NCBI RefSeq assembly: GCF_001194135.2
Contig: NC_068981.1
Location: forward strand, 188,756,700 to 188,820,699
DNA length: 64,000 nt
From: Octopus bimaculoides
Lineage: Eukaryota
Direction: 5' to 3'
The notes beneath the pieces were generated by a model. It was not told where the DNA came from. It searched no databases and saw only the letters and a list, made by a program, of their open reading frames with translations. Below are positions 49,905 through 63,844 of this stretch, piece by piece. A program made the translations under genes and the position numbers. The first letter of the stretch is position 1. Each line of letters opens with the position of its first letter.

Positions 49905-51967
49905 ATCTGGCTCTAGAAAGTGCTGTTGAGAACTACTGCATTTAAAGGGTTTCTTATATTAGAGTTGTATCAAGCTAATGTGTATTCCTACAACGATGTT
50001 CTTTGCAGACAAAATTCAAGAAAAAGCATCATTTCACAGTGGGATTTATCTTATGTAATCCATAACAATGGAAATTTCTCTGTAATTGTTGTTCCTGCTC
50101 ACTCTATTATCAGACTATTTTTTATTTTTCGTTTTCCAAACTAATCAGACTTTTAGATATGACACAGTTCCAATTAAGTTCCTCTTTCCATTATATCAAT
50201 ATGCTTTCCACAATTTTTTGTGTAGGGGTGAGCTGGGGTTATCAAAGTTCCATTTGTTCTTGTTTTTGTTGTTCTCTTCGTTTTGTTATCAGTTTATTAT
50301 TTTGATGCAGTAAAATGCAATAATATAAGCAATTAGGATGTTATAGGCAACTCTCTGAGTAGATATCATTTAAAAAGCAGAAAAAAAAAAAATATTGAGT
50401 TTCTATTTTTGTAGTCATCTTACCAAATAACAATAAAATGTATTTTCTCTATAAATGAGACGCAATGCAAAGAAATCAGAGTTGCTGATGTCCATGCCAT
50501 GGAGAGAACAATAAAACCATTTTTAGTGAAATATAATTATTATTCTGTCTCAAAAAGTAGTTTCCTTATATTTTTTTAACTTGGAAATGCTGAACATCGT
50601 CTGTTAAAATGTAATTAATTTTCAAAGTTTCAAATAGACTCTATTTGCTTTCTTTATCTTTTTTTTTTTTTAATGTATGTCATAAAATTAAAATGACTCA
50701 CCCAAGAAATTAAATTAAGTTGTGTGTGTGTGTATAGTTGGTTAGTAATTTATTTTGATGTATTGTGCAGAAACGAAGATGTTATTGAAATAAGAAATGA
50801 GCAACGTGCAAGAAGAACTTTTTTTAACTTCGACCATTTTTGTCTGTCTCTAATATTGTTGTATATCCACTTAGGATAAATGCAGAAGAGCAGAAAGATT
50901 AAGAAGCTTACTTTGCAATCTCAAGGCCTTGCGTTTGATTCCACAGCATGGCACCATTGGTAAAGTCATTTTTATAGCCTCATGTGGACCCTTACTTTGT
51001 CAGTGAACTGGATAGATGGAAACTGTACTGAAGCCCAAAGATGGATTGGATTTTATTCATAATTCAAAGGTACAGCCTTGTCATACTGAGTCACACTAAT
51101 TCAACATCATCGTTTTTACATCCACTGTTCCATGCTTGCATGGGTCAAACAGAATTTGTTGAGGCAAATTTTCTCTGGCTGTACGTCCTTCCTGCTGTCA
51201 TCCCACACCTGATTTCAAGTAAGGGAATGCTTCCCCATAGCCAGACATGTTTTCGTGGAAGATTGGAAGTGGATGACTCTGCTTGTATGATGGTCTCACT
51301 TGTTTGCAACTAAGAGACAGTACGACACACATACATTACCATGGGCTTCTTTTAGTTTCTCTCTATGAAGTCCACTCTCAAGGCTTTGGTTGGCCTGGGT
51401 TATGGCAGAGGACACTTGCCAAAGGTGTCACATGCACAGTGGGATGTATCTGGAATCATGTGATTTCAAATTCAACTTCTTACCATGTAACCACACCTGA
51501 CAATTATATTAACAATATACATGTATCTAATGAACGCTCTACTGTTTGCACAATTCAATGAGCAGGTGTTTCATTGAATTGAATACCTGAATGCTCATCA
51601 TTGGTCAACATTAATCCATCAATCAAGCTGCTCAGTTGTGACATGCTTATGTTGAAATTGAACCATTTCTTGTTATATTATTAAAGAATACAGCCACTGT
51701 ATCTTACTATACAACTATATTCTGGATTTTAATTTTATGTAAAAAGCATTGGTCATGGTGCCACATTAAAAGCACCCAGTACACTCTGTAAAGTGGTTTG
51801 GTATTGGGAAGGGCATCCAGCTATAGAAACCATACCAAAAACGGACTATGGAAGCTGGTGCATCTCCTGGCCTTGCCAGCTCCTGTCAAACTATCCAACC
51901 CATACCAGCATGGAAAACAGGCATTAAATGATGATGAAACTAGTTTTCAAAATTATCAAAAAATTAC

Positions 51968-52002
<35 letters not shown>

Positions 52003-53079
52003 ACGTACTGTTTCTGTTTTAGTGTAAAAAAATATACAACAATATAAAATCAATGTTTGACACTTAACACTGAAAATGTGTAGAATCTGTTAATGTATAT
52101 GCGACTGTTTTGTGACAAAGAATTCAGATCCATACCTTGGATATCTTGCAGCCCACTTCATGTGGAAATGATAGTTCTCTCACTGAGTTCTATACTGATA
52201 GTTGCTATAACTACACACAGTTGTATACAGATATTCAATATTATAAATCTTTCAGAAAAATTTAGCTTTTCATTTGTCTAGTAGCAACATTCTTCATAAA
52301 ATATTTGTATTGCATTGAGAATGGCTTCTCCTGGTAAATTTTTTGAACACTTTCAATTAATTTCAATATTTTACTTATTGTCTGGCATATTTCTTTAGTT
52401 TCTCAATTTAGCTCAATGAAATTCACTTGGTAGTTAAACAGTAGTTGAAATATTTTTACTCAAGCCACTACAGACTACTTTCACATTAATAAAATTGTAT
52501 TTCCATCCTTTAATGATGCCAAATATTATGATTTAGTAGGTATTAAGATATTTTCTTAATATCAATTATTGATTATTCTGAAGAAGAGGAAAGAACATAT
52601 CTCACAGACTTTGCCACTCTTCATAAAGTAATACGTGGCTTCTATAACTAATATATCGATAACTGGGTAAGATTAATTCAGTTAAAAGTTCAGTCTGGTG
52701 TCTTATAAATTGGTAAATAGAATAAAGTATTTGACAAATTATTTAGTACAGGTCCAAGGGTAGGATAGAGAAGAAGAGTGATTGTATAAAATGAATTTAG
52801 GTAACAGGGTATGTAAAGCCAACAGGTTCAGAAAAACAAATTAATGATTGTGGCACTGTATTGCATAACGATAACTGATCGCACTTAATTGATTAATTAA
52901 AGTTGTGAACACTGACTGTAGCTGTGGACAATAATTTTAATCATGTATGCATACATGTGCAAATGTGCGTGTGCATGCGTTTAGTCCCAATGTGTGGCAC
53001 CTTGGGCACCTGCCTTCTATTGTAACCTCATAGTGACTAGTACTTCGTGAGTGGAATTTTGAAGATGGAAGCTGTGCAG

Positions 53080-53084
<5 letters not shown>

Positions 53085-53160
<76 letters not shown>
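53085..53160. repeat. (TG)n microsatellite
   Basis: Pure run at the end of a family C fragment. Confidence 0.95.
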
Positions 53161-53161
<1 letters not shown>

Positions 53162-53334
53162 TATAAAATATTTACGTAGCTGACTGGTTTCACTTGTGCT
53201 GGTTGTAATTAAGAAATTAATGATAATGTTACAATTTCATACTATCATAAGAAGTTTTCATTCCATGTTAGTAGGAAAAAGGATGTGTGTCTCTATCTGT
53301 ATTTATGTTTATACCTGACTAAAATCCTGTTGTG

Positions 53335-53650
53335 TACTTTTATTTCGGAAAAAGCACCACCTGAATGTGGCCGATGCCAGCACTGCTTTGACTGGCTTCT
53401 GTGCTGGTGGCATGTAAAAAGCACAATTTGATGGTGCTCGATGCCAGCCCTCTCTGGCTCCTGTGCCAGTGGCATGTAAAAAAGCATCCACTACACTCTC
53501 GGAATGGTTGGCATTAGGAAGGGCATCCGGCTGTAGAAACACTGCCAGATCAGACTGGAGCCTGGTGCAGCCCTCTGGCTTCCCAGACCCCAGTCGAACC
53601 GTCCAACCCATGCCAGCATGGAAAACGGACGTTAAATGATGATGATGATG
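53335..53650 (+). mobile_element. SINE family A with two upstream modules
   Basis: Modules 53350-53490, then core and (GAT)n tail. Confidence 0.85.
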
Positions 53651-54048
53651 AGTGAAGGTGAGATGAGAAAAGTTAGTTGCATGAAGTGAATTTATATAAC
53701 AGAGCTTACATTTCCAGCAATTCCATACGAGCAAAGATTATTGGAGTAGCTGACATAGTTCAATGACAGACAAATAAATATCGAGTAACTGAAAACTTGA
53801 AAGAATATGGGATATATTACTTTACCACGAGAAAGTATAGGAGTTTTAGAAGAACCCTTTGTCAGAACACTTGTTTCTTTAGATTTTATAGTTTTACTCT
53901 CAAACTGATAGGCTTAACTTTTGGATACATTTGACACAAGTACTCTGGTATATGGGTGCATCTGCTATCGTTTTGAGTCATTTTGACTGCACCCTTCATT
54001 ATTGGTATGTGTGTGTGTGTGTGCATGTGTGTGTGTGTGGGCATGCCC

Positions 54049-54278
54049 TTAACCCTTTCGAACCCAACCTGGCTGAAACTGCCTCTGGCTCTGTAGTACA
54101 AATGTCTTGTTTCCATAAGTTTTGAATTAAAATCTTCCACCAAACCTTAGTCACAATTTATGTTCCTAACACTAGCTTAATGATAACTAAGTTATTTTAC
54201 TAAATTCTTTGTTATATTTAAAATTAACTGAAAGAAACACAGAGCATCTCAAAATAAATACAGTAATGGAAGGGTTAA
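54049..54278. mobile_element. piggyBac-like MITE
   Basis: ttaa-ccctttcg ... ggaaggg-ttaa. Confidence 0.8.
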
Positions 54279-54289
54279 TGTAGTTCTCA

Positions 54290-54486
54290 GCGTGACACAT
54301 AGCGTGACACAGAATGTGACAAGACTGGTCCTCTGAAATACAAGTACAGCTCATTTTTGCCAGCTGAGTGGAATGAAGCAACATGAAATAGAGTGTCTTG
54401 CTCAAGGACAAAAAGTGTCGTTGATTATTGAACTCTTGACGTAATGAGTGTGAGCCAAAACCACTAAACCACACACCATCACACAC
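54290..54486 (-). mobile_element. SINE family D, diverged
   Basis: cagctcatttttgccagctgagtgga..gtgtcttgctcaagga core. Confidence 0.7.
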
Positions 54487-55323
54487 TATGCTGCTGTAAA
54501 AGTTCGACTTATGCAGAAATGGTTATGGTAAAAGATATTTGTCCAAAGTTTTCCACAGTGGAATCAAACTCAGAATGAGTTGGTTGTGAAATAAACTTCT
54601 TAACCACCTCGTCATTCTTGCACCCGTCAGCATTTTCCCTTTGATCAAGTTATTGGTAAATTACCAATTTAGCATATACTGTCTTCCAAAGTATTATTGA
54701 TAAGAAAACTCAATATTCAAAATTTCCATTAAGAAGCTGTAAAAAGGCACTAAACTCCACTTTATACGCACAGTGACATTTATTTCAAAAATAATCAATC
54801 CAGTAACCTTTAATTATTATTGGTTTATAACCTCATTTAAAATTTTGCTTTGAAAACTTTGAAGGATCATATTTCTAAATTAGTTCGTCAAAACACAATC
54901 ATCAAAATTATTGGGGCGGTTTAAACCTTGTATAGGCAAAACATTGTTGTGATTATTCTATCTTATTTTACAATATATATCAGTGAAGTTTCTATAATAG
55001 CCAAACATTTTAATTACAATAGAGCATTTAAAAGATATAATACATTACATTCTGTGAATAATACCATGATAAAAGTAATGCACACTGCAAAGCAATTTAT
55101 AATCAAAAAATAAATGGGCAATATTAGTTTTAGATTTACTATAGCCCTTGCATGTTTATTCCAGCTCTATGAACTGAATAATCAATAAAAGTCAATCAAC
55201 ATGTTGGCAACATCTTCTGTATTACTTGTATGTGACAAGTAATCCCTCTTTACCAATTCAATGAGCAGATAGCATCAGTAATCTAGGATACCAACCACAT
55301 CCATCTTTAGTTACTTGCTTTAC

Positions 55324-55403
55324 TTAATGTGTAATTTTGAATGGCTATTTCGTGGATATTGAAGAGATTTTCTAAATTTAGCTTCGGCGATGATAGAAAT
55401 AAT
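55324..55403 (-). CDS. candidate 80-nt exon (xLFLSSPKLNLENLFNIHEIAIQNYTLx or IISIIAEAKFRKSLQYPRNSHSKLHIx)
   Basis: tttacatatatctacag|...|gtaaag; CpG-containing unique sequence; two open frames. Confidence 0.25.
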
Positions 55404-56544
55404 CTGTAGATATATGTAAATGGTTTCCACTTGTATGTAATATTTAACAAAGGAAGTAGTTTTCTAGTAAAGTTTCATTTGTTCAGTTTTTTGTTTTTTT
55501 TCCTAAAAAAATCTATTTTCTTTTTATTTCTATTTCTTGGGGAAACAATAATTTGTGTTGCTGGTTGGCTGAATTTTGTGACATTCTACATGAAATGTTT
55601 TGGTTTCAGTTTAATATGTTGGTACTTTGAAATACAAAAGGGGGACATTCATCATTTCACCAGTAAAGTAATGTTCATCTGCTTAGGTATCAAGATTAAA
55701 TTTCTTTCTCAATTTAATTAAATATGTTGCTTTGACTTAGTGTTAAAATGCATATATATATATATATATATATACATACATATATATAAAATACAAAAAT
55801 AGGACAAGAACACAAAACATCCAGACAGTTAGGTGATACAAAAAAGGGACAACAAAACATCCAGACAGACGATACAAAGAAGCCAGACCGATAGAATAAG
55901 TACTAGGCTTACAAAGAATAAGTCCTGGAGTCCATTTGCTCGACTAAAGGCAGTGCTCCAGCATGGCCACAGTCAAAGAATAAGAGAATATATATATACT
56001 CTCATACATACAAGTGTAGTGTAGGTTCTGATAGGGTAGAAAATCAGTTTATTTCCAGAGGAGCCCTCCATTTGAACCCCTGGCTATCTACACTTTTGAA
56101 CTGGAACCTCAAGGAAAACTTAAAGTTCACTGGTGCAGAAATTCCAGGTACACCACTGGTAAAGGCAATGTGTGAGTATAACAAAGGGTATCATGTAACG
56201 AAATTAAGAGGACAAAGAATGAATTTAGCATATCTTTAATCATTAGTTACAATTGTTTCCGTCTCACTTCGTTTCTAACACCATTGTAGTTAAATAATTT
56301 TGCGTGGAAAGTTACACAATACTGCTGATTATATTGAAGTGACACTTTATCACACTGCAGAGAGAGTGAGAGAAAGAGCATGTGTATCTTTATCTTCTAT
56401 CCTTTACTTATTTCAGTTGTTAAATTTTTAGTCAAATGATTCATATTCCATCAGACCCTTTTGCTGAACCACTAAGTTATGGGGAAATAAACATACCAAT
56501 ACTGGTTGCCAAACAGTGGTGGAGGACAAACAGACACACATAAT

Positions 56545-56712
56545 CCCTGGCAAGTAAAAGCACCCACTACACTCTCGGAGTGGTTGGCGTTAGGAAGGGC
56601 ATCCAGCTGTAGAAACTCTGCCAAATCAGATTGGAGCCTGGTTCGCCAGTCCTCGGTCAAATGGTCCAATCCATGCTAGCATGGAAAGCGGACGTTAAAC
56701 GATGATGATGAT
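56545..56712 (+). mobile_element. SINE family A
   Basis: Core and (GAT)n tail. Confidence 0.85.
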
Positions 56713-56717
56713 GATAC

Positions 56718-56755
<38 letters not shown>

Positions 56756-56878
56756 GGAGGCTTCTTTCAGTTTCCCTCTACCAAATCCACTCACAAGGCT
56801 TTAGTAGGAGACACTTGCTCGTGGTGCCACACAATGGGACTGAACCTGGAACCATGTGGTTGGGAAGCAAGCTTCTTA

Positions 56879-57105
56879 TTTCTTTATTGTCCACAAGGGG
56901 CTAAACATAGAAGGGACAAACAAGGACAAACAAAGGGATTAAGTCGATTACATCAACCCCGGTGCGTAACTGGTACTTAATTTATCGACCCTGAAAGGAT
57001 GAAAGGTAAGGTTGACCTCGGCAGAATTTGAACTCAGAACGTAACGGCAGACAAAATACAGATAAGCATTTCGCCTGGCATGCTAACGTTTCTGCCAGTT
57101 GGCAC
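56879..57105 (-). mobile_element. SINE family B nested in a family C head (56757-57133)
   Basis: 7-bp TSD cttctta at 56872-56878 and 57106-57112. Confidence 0.9.
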
Positions 57106-58044
57106 CTTCTTACCACATAACCATGCCTGCACCTATCTTCATTAGTTTTAAAGTTAAATTCTTGATGACAAAGCAGAGAGGTTAGACTGCCCTGGCATGT
57201 TTACACACTGCATGAAAGCTTTGCTTGTTTGATCAATTAGCATGCAACTTTTGGAAGAGATTTAGAAGAGACATTAGCGTTATTTTACAGAAACTATGTA
57301 CCAAAACTATGAAAATTGAGGGGTGGGGGGGGGGTTGTATTCTTGCGTTTTTTTTTGCCTACTTGTCACAAGAAGCTGGCTTAAGTTCAAAACATTTTGA
57401 GTCTGGAGAAAATATCAGTTGACACCTCCCACTTGCATTTACATCATATTCTGACAGGAAACCAAGAATGATCTTACAGTTTTACCATTCTTGCAGTAAC
57501 CCATATGAAAAGAGTAAACCACATACTTAAATGATGAAGAGAAAAATACATTGCAGTGAAATAGCAATTCTATTTCATCTCTTCTTCTCCTTTTTTCTTC
57601 TTTATCTCAGTTTTGTATGTAACCACCCCCACACAAATTGTAAATACTCCTTATGTTCCACTCATGAGATGCCCCTGTGGTAAATAAAAGAAATCAACAT
57701 CATCATTATTGAGGCAGTAATGCTTAGCGGTATTTTGCCTGTCACTACGTTTCGAGTTCAAATCCCACTGAGGCCGACTTTGCTGTTTATCCTTTTGGGA
57801 TAGATAAATTAAGAACCAGTTGAGTACTGGGGTCGATGTAATCGTCTTTCCCTCCTCCCCACAGATTCCAGGCCTTGTACCTATAGTAGAAAGTATTAGT
57901 AAAGCAGTGATATGGCAGAATCTTTAGCAAACGGGGCAAAAGGCTTAGCCCCTTAACCAAAATTTCAAGCCTTGTGTCTATAACAGAAAGAAGTCTTTGT
58001 ATTGTCACCATCATTATTATTGTTAGCAGCAGGAGTAGCAATTG

Positions 58045-58103
58045 TAATAGTAGTAGTAGTAGTAGTAGTAGTAATAGTAGAAGAAGAAGAAGAAGAAGAA
58101 GAA
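58045..58103. repeat. (TAG)n-(GAA)n compound trinucleotide repeat
   Basis: Source of the poly-L and poly-S/T ORFs. Confidence 0.9.
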
Positions 58104-58308
58104 GGATTGTATGACTGAAGACTGTTACCCAGATTAGCATGTGATATCTTTCTAGTTATAACATCCATTTAGCTATAGTTAACAACTATATTTTATTAGA
58201 TACCAATCAAAATATATTTAATACTTTCATTTTACACCATTTTTTGTGAACAAAAGCATCATTGGTCGCAAGTTTCCAATGCACCAATCACCAGTCCACA
58301 AGACTCAC

Positions 58309-58333
58309 AACGGTGAGACTGACAAGGAACCAT
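58309..58333 (-). CDS. candidate 25-nt exon (xGSLSVSPx)
   Basis: actttattgcacag|ATGGTTCCTTGTCAGTCTCACCGTT|gtgagt. Confidence 0.25.
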
Positions 58334-60797
58334 CTGTGCAATAAAGTATTTCCCAAAAGCAGCAGTGTATTCTTTTCTCCACAGTTGTACAGTATCAGTA
58401 CTGCTTTATGCTGTTTTGAAAACACTTCTAATCAGTAGAGATACTCACAGGCTACTAAGTTTTGATTATCCTCCATATTTCGTCAGTATCTCTAGCCATA
58501 TTTTAGTTAATACAATATAAACAAGTTCAATGCTGAATTTGATGAGACGTCAAATCTGTTTAGATGAATAGCACGGTGTATTTATTATCTTTTATGAGAA
58601 CCTTCATTTGCATATCTGACAGGAAATTTGGTAAGAAGATAGCTTGAGATTTAAAAGAACTACATAACCATTGGCAATTATCGACTTTAAACAACTAAAT
58701 TTGAAACTCTGCAAGGCTATCATAGAACTGGCTATCTAAATAAAGTTGCAGAAAAAATTCAAAGGTTTCACAAAATCCATAAGATTGGAATTTGAAATCT
58801 TTTGCTAAGAGTTATATAATGATGCACACACAGATTTGCATGAGTGAAATTATAGCCATTTTGTTTAACACTTACAGGTCTTCCATATATGTATGCTTGT
58901 CTGTATTTCTTTCCTATTCATAGATTATGTTATTCTAATACCTCTCCATTGAAGGCTGAGTCAAAGGATAGGAGTTACAACCAGACAAAATTTTTAAGCG
59001 ATTTAAATGCACAAGTCTCCAGTATCCAAATGGTTAAAAAGTTTCAGTTTCACCCAGGAGCCATGACCTGGATATGTCCCTGGCCCCTTAGAGTGTAAGA
59101 AGTTAAAGGCTGAAATAGTTGCTTACAGGGAAAGTCCCTTCTCTGAAGACCTTCTGCTGTTTAGCTCCCTTGACTGTTCCTTAACATCGTCTCTCTTAGA
59201 AATAATCAGATGATTTAAAATTTTAGCTTATCTTTTAGGGAGCTGGAATTAAGCATTGAATTCATTGAGGCATTCGAGTGTTTGTTGTGGCTCTCTGCAC
59301 TTGTAGCTCAAATCTTTCCTGTGTCAACTTTGTTTTGCATCCTTTCAGGTTCAGTAAAGTAAAGAACAGGCTGGTAAACTAGTGGAGTTGTTAAAGAACC
59401 AGATGAAATGCCTTGTGACACTTGTTCTGGCTCTTTGCATTGTGAGTTCTTGAGTTGTAGACACAATCTATTGTCCAGTTTAACACCATCAGCTGGAGTG
59501 ATGGTATTTGATGGTCTGTAGTGGAGTTTACTCCATTGTAAACATTCAGGCTAAGGCTCTGATTTGAGGATAACTTCCTATCTTCCTCCCACCAGTCTCA
59601 GAGACCATGAAAACCCAAAGGATCACAAGTACTGTCCTTCTCTCCTTGACTAAGCATTAAAAACAAAAAGAATCCTTCAGATCTTTATTGCTATCCTTTT
59701 ATTGTAACAGTTCAAAGCTATGGAGTTTCTTGCGTCACAGATCATAGCTACAGTAGTTCTGTTATCAGAAAACAGTTATGGTTGTCCTGCTGTGATAGGT
59801 AATAAATATACTGTTTCTATTGTAACAGAATACAGCTCTAGGGTTTTTACTGTATCAGAATACAGTTCCAACATTTCTATTGTTAACAGTGTTTTCTTGT
59901 AAAACATGCTTTAATGAGCATATTGAGAATATATATGTATTTTTATGAAATAATCACAACAAAATCTAAATCGGTGTGTATTTATTTAAACATATTTGTT
60001 TTACTTTTACTTCAAATTTCTAATTTGTCTTTTGAAATACACATTTGTCTCTTTATTTCTTTTTAACAAATTATTTATAGATAAATTGTTTTCAAATTTT
60101 CAGAATATATTTATCCATATTTGTTTTATTTTAAACATTGTTGCACATAAAACTTCACTTTACACTATATTTAATGCTGATTTTTATTGCTCCATTCTAT
60201 TTGATGTTATTTTTATTCACTTTTGTTTTTTTAAATATACAGCATGTCTGGAAAACAGCTTAGACAATCAAAAAGTTAATGTTCAGTCTCATTTTATGCA
60301 AATATATACAAATGAAATGTCTATCTACTATTTTTGAACTCATGTCTAAAACATGAAAATTATTTCTCTAACTCATGCGACTATTTAAATGTCAGATAAG
60401 TTTATTGCAGATAACACTGTTCTCCAAGTTTGAACAAACAATAAACTACAAACAGAGTAAATATCAAATTTTGGTTGTTTACTACTTCACAAAATTTGTA
60501 TTATGTTGGCTTTCTACAAAATCTAGTAAATATATGGCTGTCATTTATATATTTTCAATGGATTGTTAATATTAGTTTTACTCCTCAAAACTGCATTACA
60601 TGTCTAGCTCAATTAGAATAGATTATAATTTTAGTAAAAAATTGCATAATTGTTTGAATCATGTTTATATGGAAAACTATCTGCAGAATATTGGTGATGA
60701 AATAAGACAGTATTGAAGGCTAAATAATTAAGATTGCATATCAAAGAAACCATGGTTATAATTGACTCATATAAAGAGATGTCATGAATAGTAATTT

Positions 60798-61032
60798 ATG
60801 ACCCCTTTTGTTACCATATTTCTACCTTTGTTTCATTCTACCTTTGTTTCAATCAATTTTTAAAATAGTGAAGAATTTAGTAAAATAACTATGTCATTAT
60901 TAAGCTGGTGTTTGAAATGTAAATTAACATGAGATTTCAAAGAAAGATTTTTCATTTAGATCACTTTGAAACAGGAAGTTTGTGTCAAAGAACCAGAGAC
61001 AGCCTTAGGCAGGTTGTTATCAAAAGGGTTAA
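60798..61032. mobile_element. piggyBac-like MITE, diverged relative of 1082 and 54049
   Basis: Shared aagaatttagtaaaataact core; ends aaaggg-ttaa. Confidence 0.65.
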
Positions 61033-61392
61033 TGTATTCATATTGTAAGGATAGTGGTAGTGGTGGTGGTGGGGATGGTTTCTTGTAGTATCTGTGAAAG
61101 ATACATTTGTATCATGAGGTTGAAGTAAAGTTGAAGGATATGTATTTTGGCATAACAGGAATATAGTTTAACCATGTTATAACTGGATATTTCTCAACCG
61201 TTTACTGTTCTCTTTGCACATTTTAAAAATATGCAAAACAAAGCAACATTATGTGTTCTAACAAGCAGCCTATCATCTTTCTTCACAAGCTTTCAATAGA
61301 TTTTACATGTCCTATGTACCCTAGCTTTTCAAATTTAATATCCGACAATTTATATTATCCTCTCATTTGTATTGATTACTTATATAATATAC

Positions 61393-61620
61393 GTTGCCGT
61401 TGCCAGTACCGCTGGACTGGCCCTCGTGCCGGTGGCACGTAAAAAGCACCTACTACACTCTCGGAGTGGTTGGCTTTAGGAAGGGCATCCAGCTGTAGAA
61501 ACTCTGCCAAATCAGATCGGAGCCTGGTGTAGCCATCTGATTTGCCAGTCCTCAGTCAAATCGTCCAACCCATGCTAGCATGGAAAGCAGATGCTAAACG
61601 ATGATGATGATGATGATGAC
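61393..61620 (+). mobile_element. SINE family A with one module, low divergence
   Basis: CpG-retaining copy with (GAT)n tail. Confidence 0.9.
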
Positions 61621-62275
61621 AGTGCATAAATGCAGGAATGAAATCTGTTTAGGCAGTGCAGCCCCAGTCCAAAGTTTTTTTACAAACAAGATAGATTTTT
61701 TCAGTCTTAATTTTAAAAACAAATACAGGTAAAATAATAATTATTATTTTAAAATTTGCACAGGAATCAAATAAGATAAATCCAATAAAAGAAAAGCGGT
61801 TCCAAGCCAGTCCAAAATGTTTCTACACTCATTTATTTTGGGGATGAAGATTTTCAGGAGGATTTAAAAATGTTTATATTGATCCCACAAAATCTTAGGG
61901 ATGTACCTGCTAATGCCCNNNNNNNNNNNNNNNNNNNNNNNNNNNNNNNNNNNNNNNNNNNNNNNNNNNNNNNNNNNNNNNNNNNNNNNNNNNNNNNNNN
62001 NNNNNNNNNNNNNNNNNNNNNNNNNNNNNNNNNNNNNNNNNNNNNNNNNNNNNNNNNNNNNNNNNNNNNNNNNNNNNNNNNNNNNNNNNNNNNNNNNNNN
62101 NNNNNNNNNNNNNNNNNNNNNNNNNNNNNNNNNNNNNNNNNNNNNNNNNNNNNNNNNNNNNNNNNNNNNNNNNNNNNNNNNNNNNNNNNNNNNNNNNNNN
62201 NNNNNNNNNNNNNNNNNNNNNNNNNNNNNNNNNNNNNNNNNNNNNNNNNNNNNNNNNNNNNNNNNNNNNNNNNNN

Positions 62276-62592
62276 AAATCGACCCCAGGACTTATTCTTT
62301 GTATGCCTAGTACTTATCCTATCGGTCTCTTTTGCTGAACCACTAAGTTACGGGGATGTAAACACACCAGCATCGGTTGTCAAGCAATGTTGGGGGGACA
62401 AACACACACACACAAACATATACACACACATACACATATATATATACATATATACGACGGGCTTCTTTCAGTTTCCATCTACCAAATCCACTCACAAGGC
62501 TTTGGTCGGCCCAAGGTGCCATGCAGTGGGACTGAGCCGAGAACCATGTGGTTCGTAAGCAAGCTACTTACCACACAGCCACTCCTACACCT
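62276..62592 (-). mobile_element. SINE family C
   Basis: Colinear with 47396-47818; truncated by the gap. Confidence 0.85.
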
Positions 62593-63299
62593 ATTTGATC
62601 ACATTTCACAATGTATCACATACCAAGCAGAAGAAATAAGAAATGCTTTAAGTAATTAATTTTACCATCGTAAATTAGTTACCTAGTATTAAAAATAAAA
62701 TTTTGTTTTTACCGAATGCAAAAACTTTATGAATTATAATTTACTGTTTCTCAATAATTAACAAAAACTGTGACTACATTACTAAAGAAGCCTGTAGTCT
62801 TATGAAATAGTTAATTTGCAGTATTACATAAGTCTTGTGATCTGAAAATGCAGTTATTGGGAATTCAGTTCTTCGTTTTTGTTAGTTATGACTTGACAAC
62901 ACACAGACACCTAATCAACACAATACTTATTAGAACTTAAAAAAAAAAAATTACTGCTTTTAAGGTAGTATTTTAACAAATATTTTCCATCTCTCTGAGG
63001 ACGATTTAACTCCATTTTTATTTACTTTACACATTTAAAATTTACTGTGCAGAAGTAACCATAGCAAATTGCTGAAATTCAATAGTGTATTTTTCACATG
63101 AAGCTACAAGATGTATAATTAGTAAGAATCCTAGTTTTACATATCTGTTCACCTGTCTATGTATTTATGTACACACATACACACACAATATGATTAACAA
63201 TATATACGTGTTTGTGTATGTATACGTATATATTATATATATATTGTATTACATATATATGTATGTGTATATCTGATATATATTGTATTATAAATATTA

Positions 63300-63705
63300 C
63301 ATTATCATCATCATTTAACGTCCGTTTTCCATGCTGGCATGGGTTGGACAGTTTGACTGAGGTCTGGAGAGCCAGCGACTGCACCAGGCTCCAGTCTGAT
63401 CTGGCAATGTTTCTACAGCTGGATGCCTTTCCTAATGCCAACCACTTTGAGAGTGTAGTGGGTGCTTTTTATGTGCCACCGGCATAGGAGCCAGCCTGGA
63501 GGTGCTGGCATCGGCCACGTTCGGATGGTGCATTTTACATGCCACCAGCACAGGAGCCAGTCAGGCAGTCCTGGCATCAATCACGTTCAGATAATGCCTT
63601 TTACACACCACCTGTATGGGAGTCAGTCAGAGGTTATTGGCATCGGCCATGTTCAGATGGTGACTTTTGTGTGCCACTGGCATGGGAGCCAGTCAGGTGA
63701 CACTA
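63300..63705 (-). mobile_element. SINE family A with four upstream modules
   Basis: Module reverse complement repeated over 63465-63705. Confidence 0.85.
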
Positions 63706-63809
63706 CATATATATACATATCACATATATAAATATACACACACATAGATATATATATATTACATAAAGAAATATACATACATATATATTACATATATAAA
63801 TATACATAC

Positions 63810-63844
<35 letters not shown>

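Noticed and set aside
52577-52615. ctgaagaagag..ctc as a fourth hammerhead
   Set aside because: GAAA core and stem I partner are missing.
58510-58600. hAT transposase relic (KFNAEFDETS)
   Set aside because: One short motif only; no colinear support.
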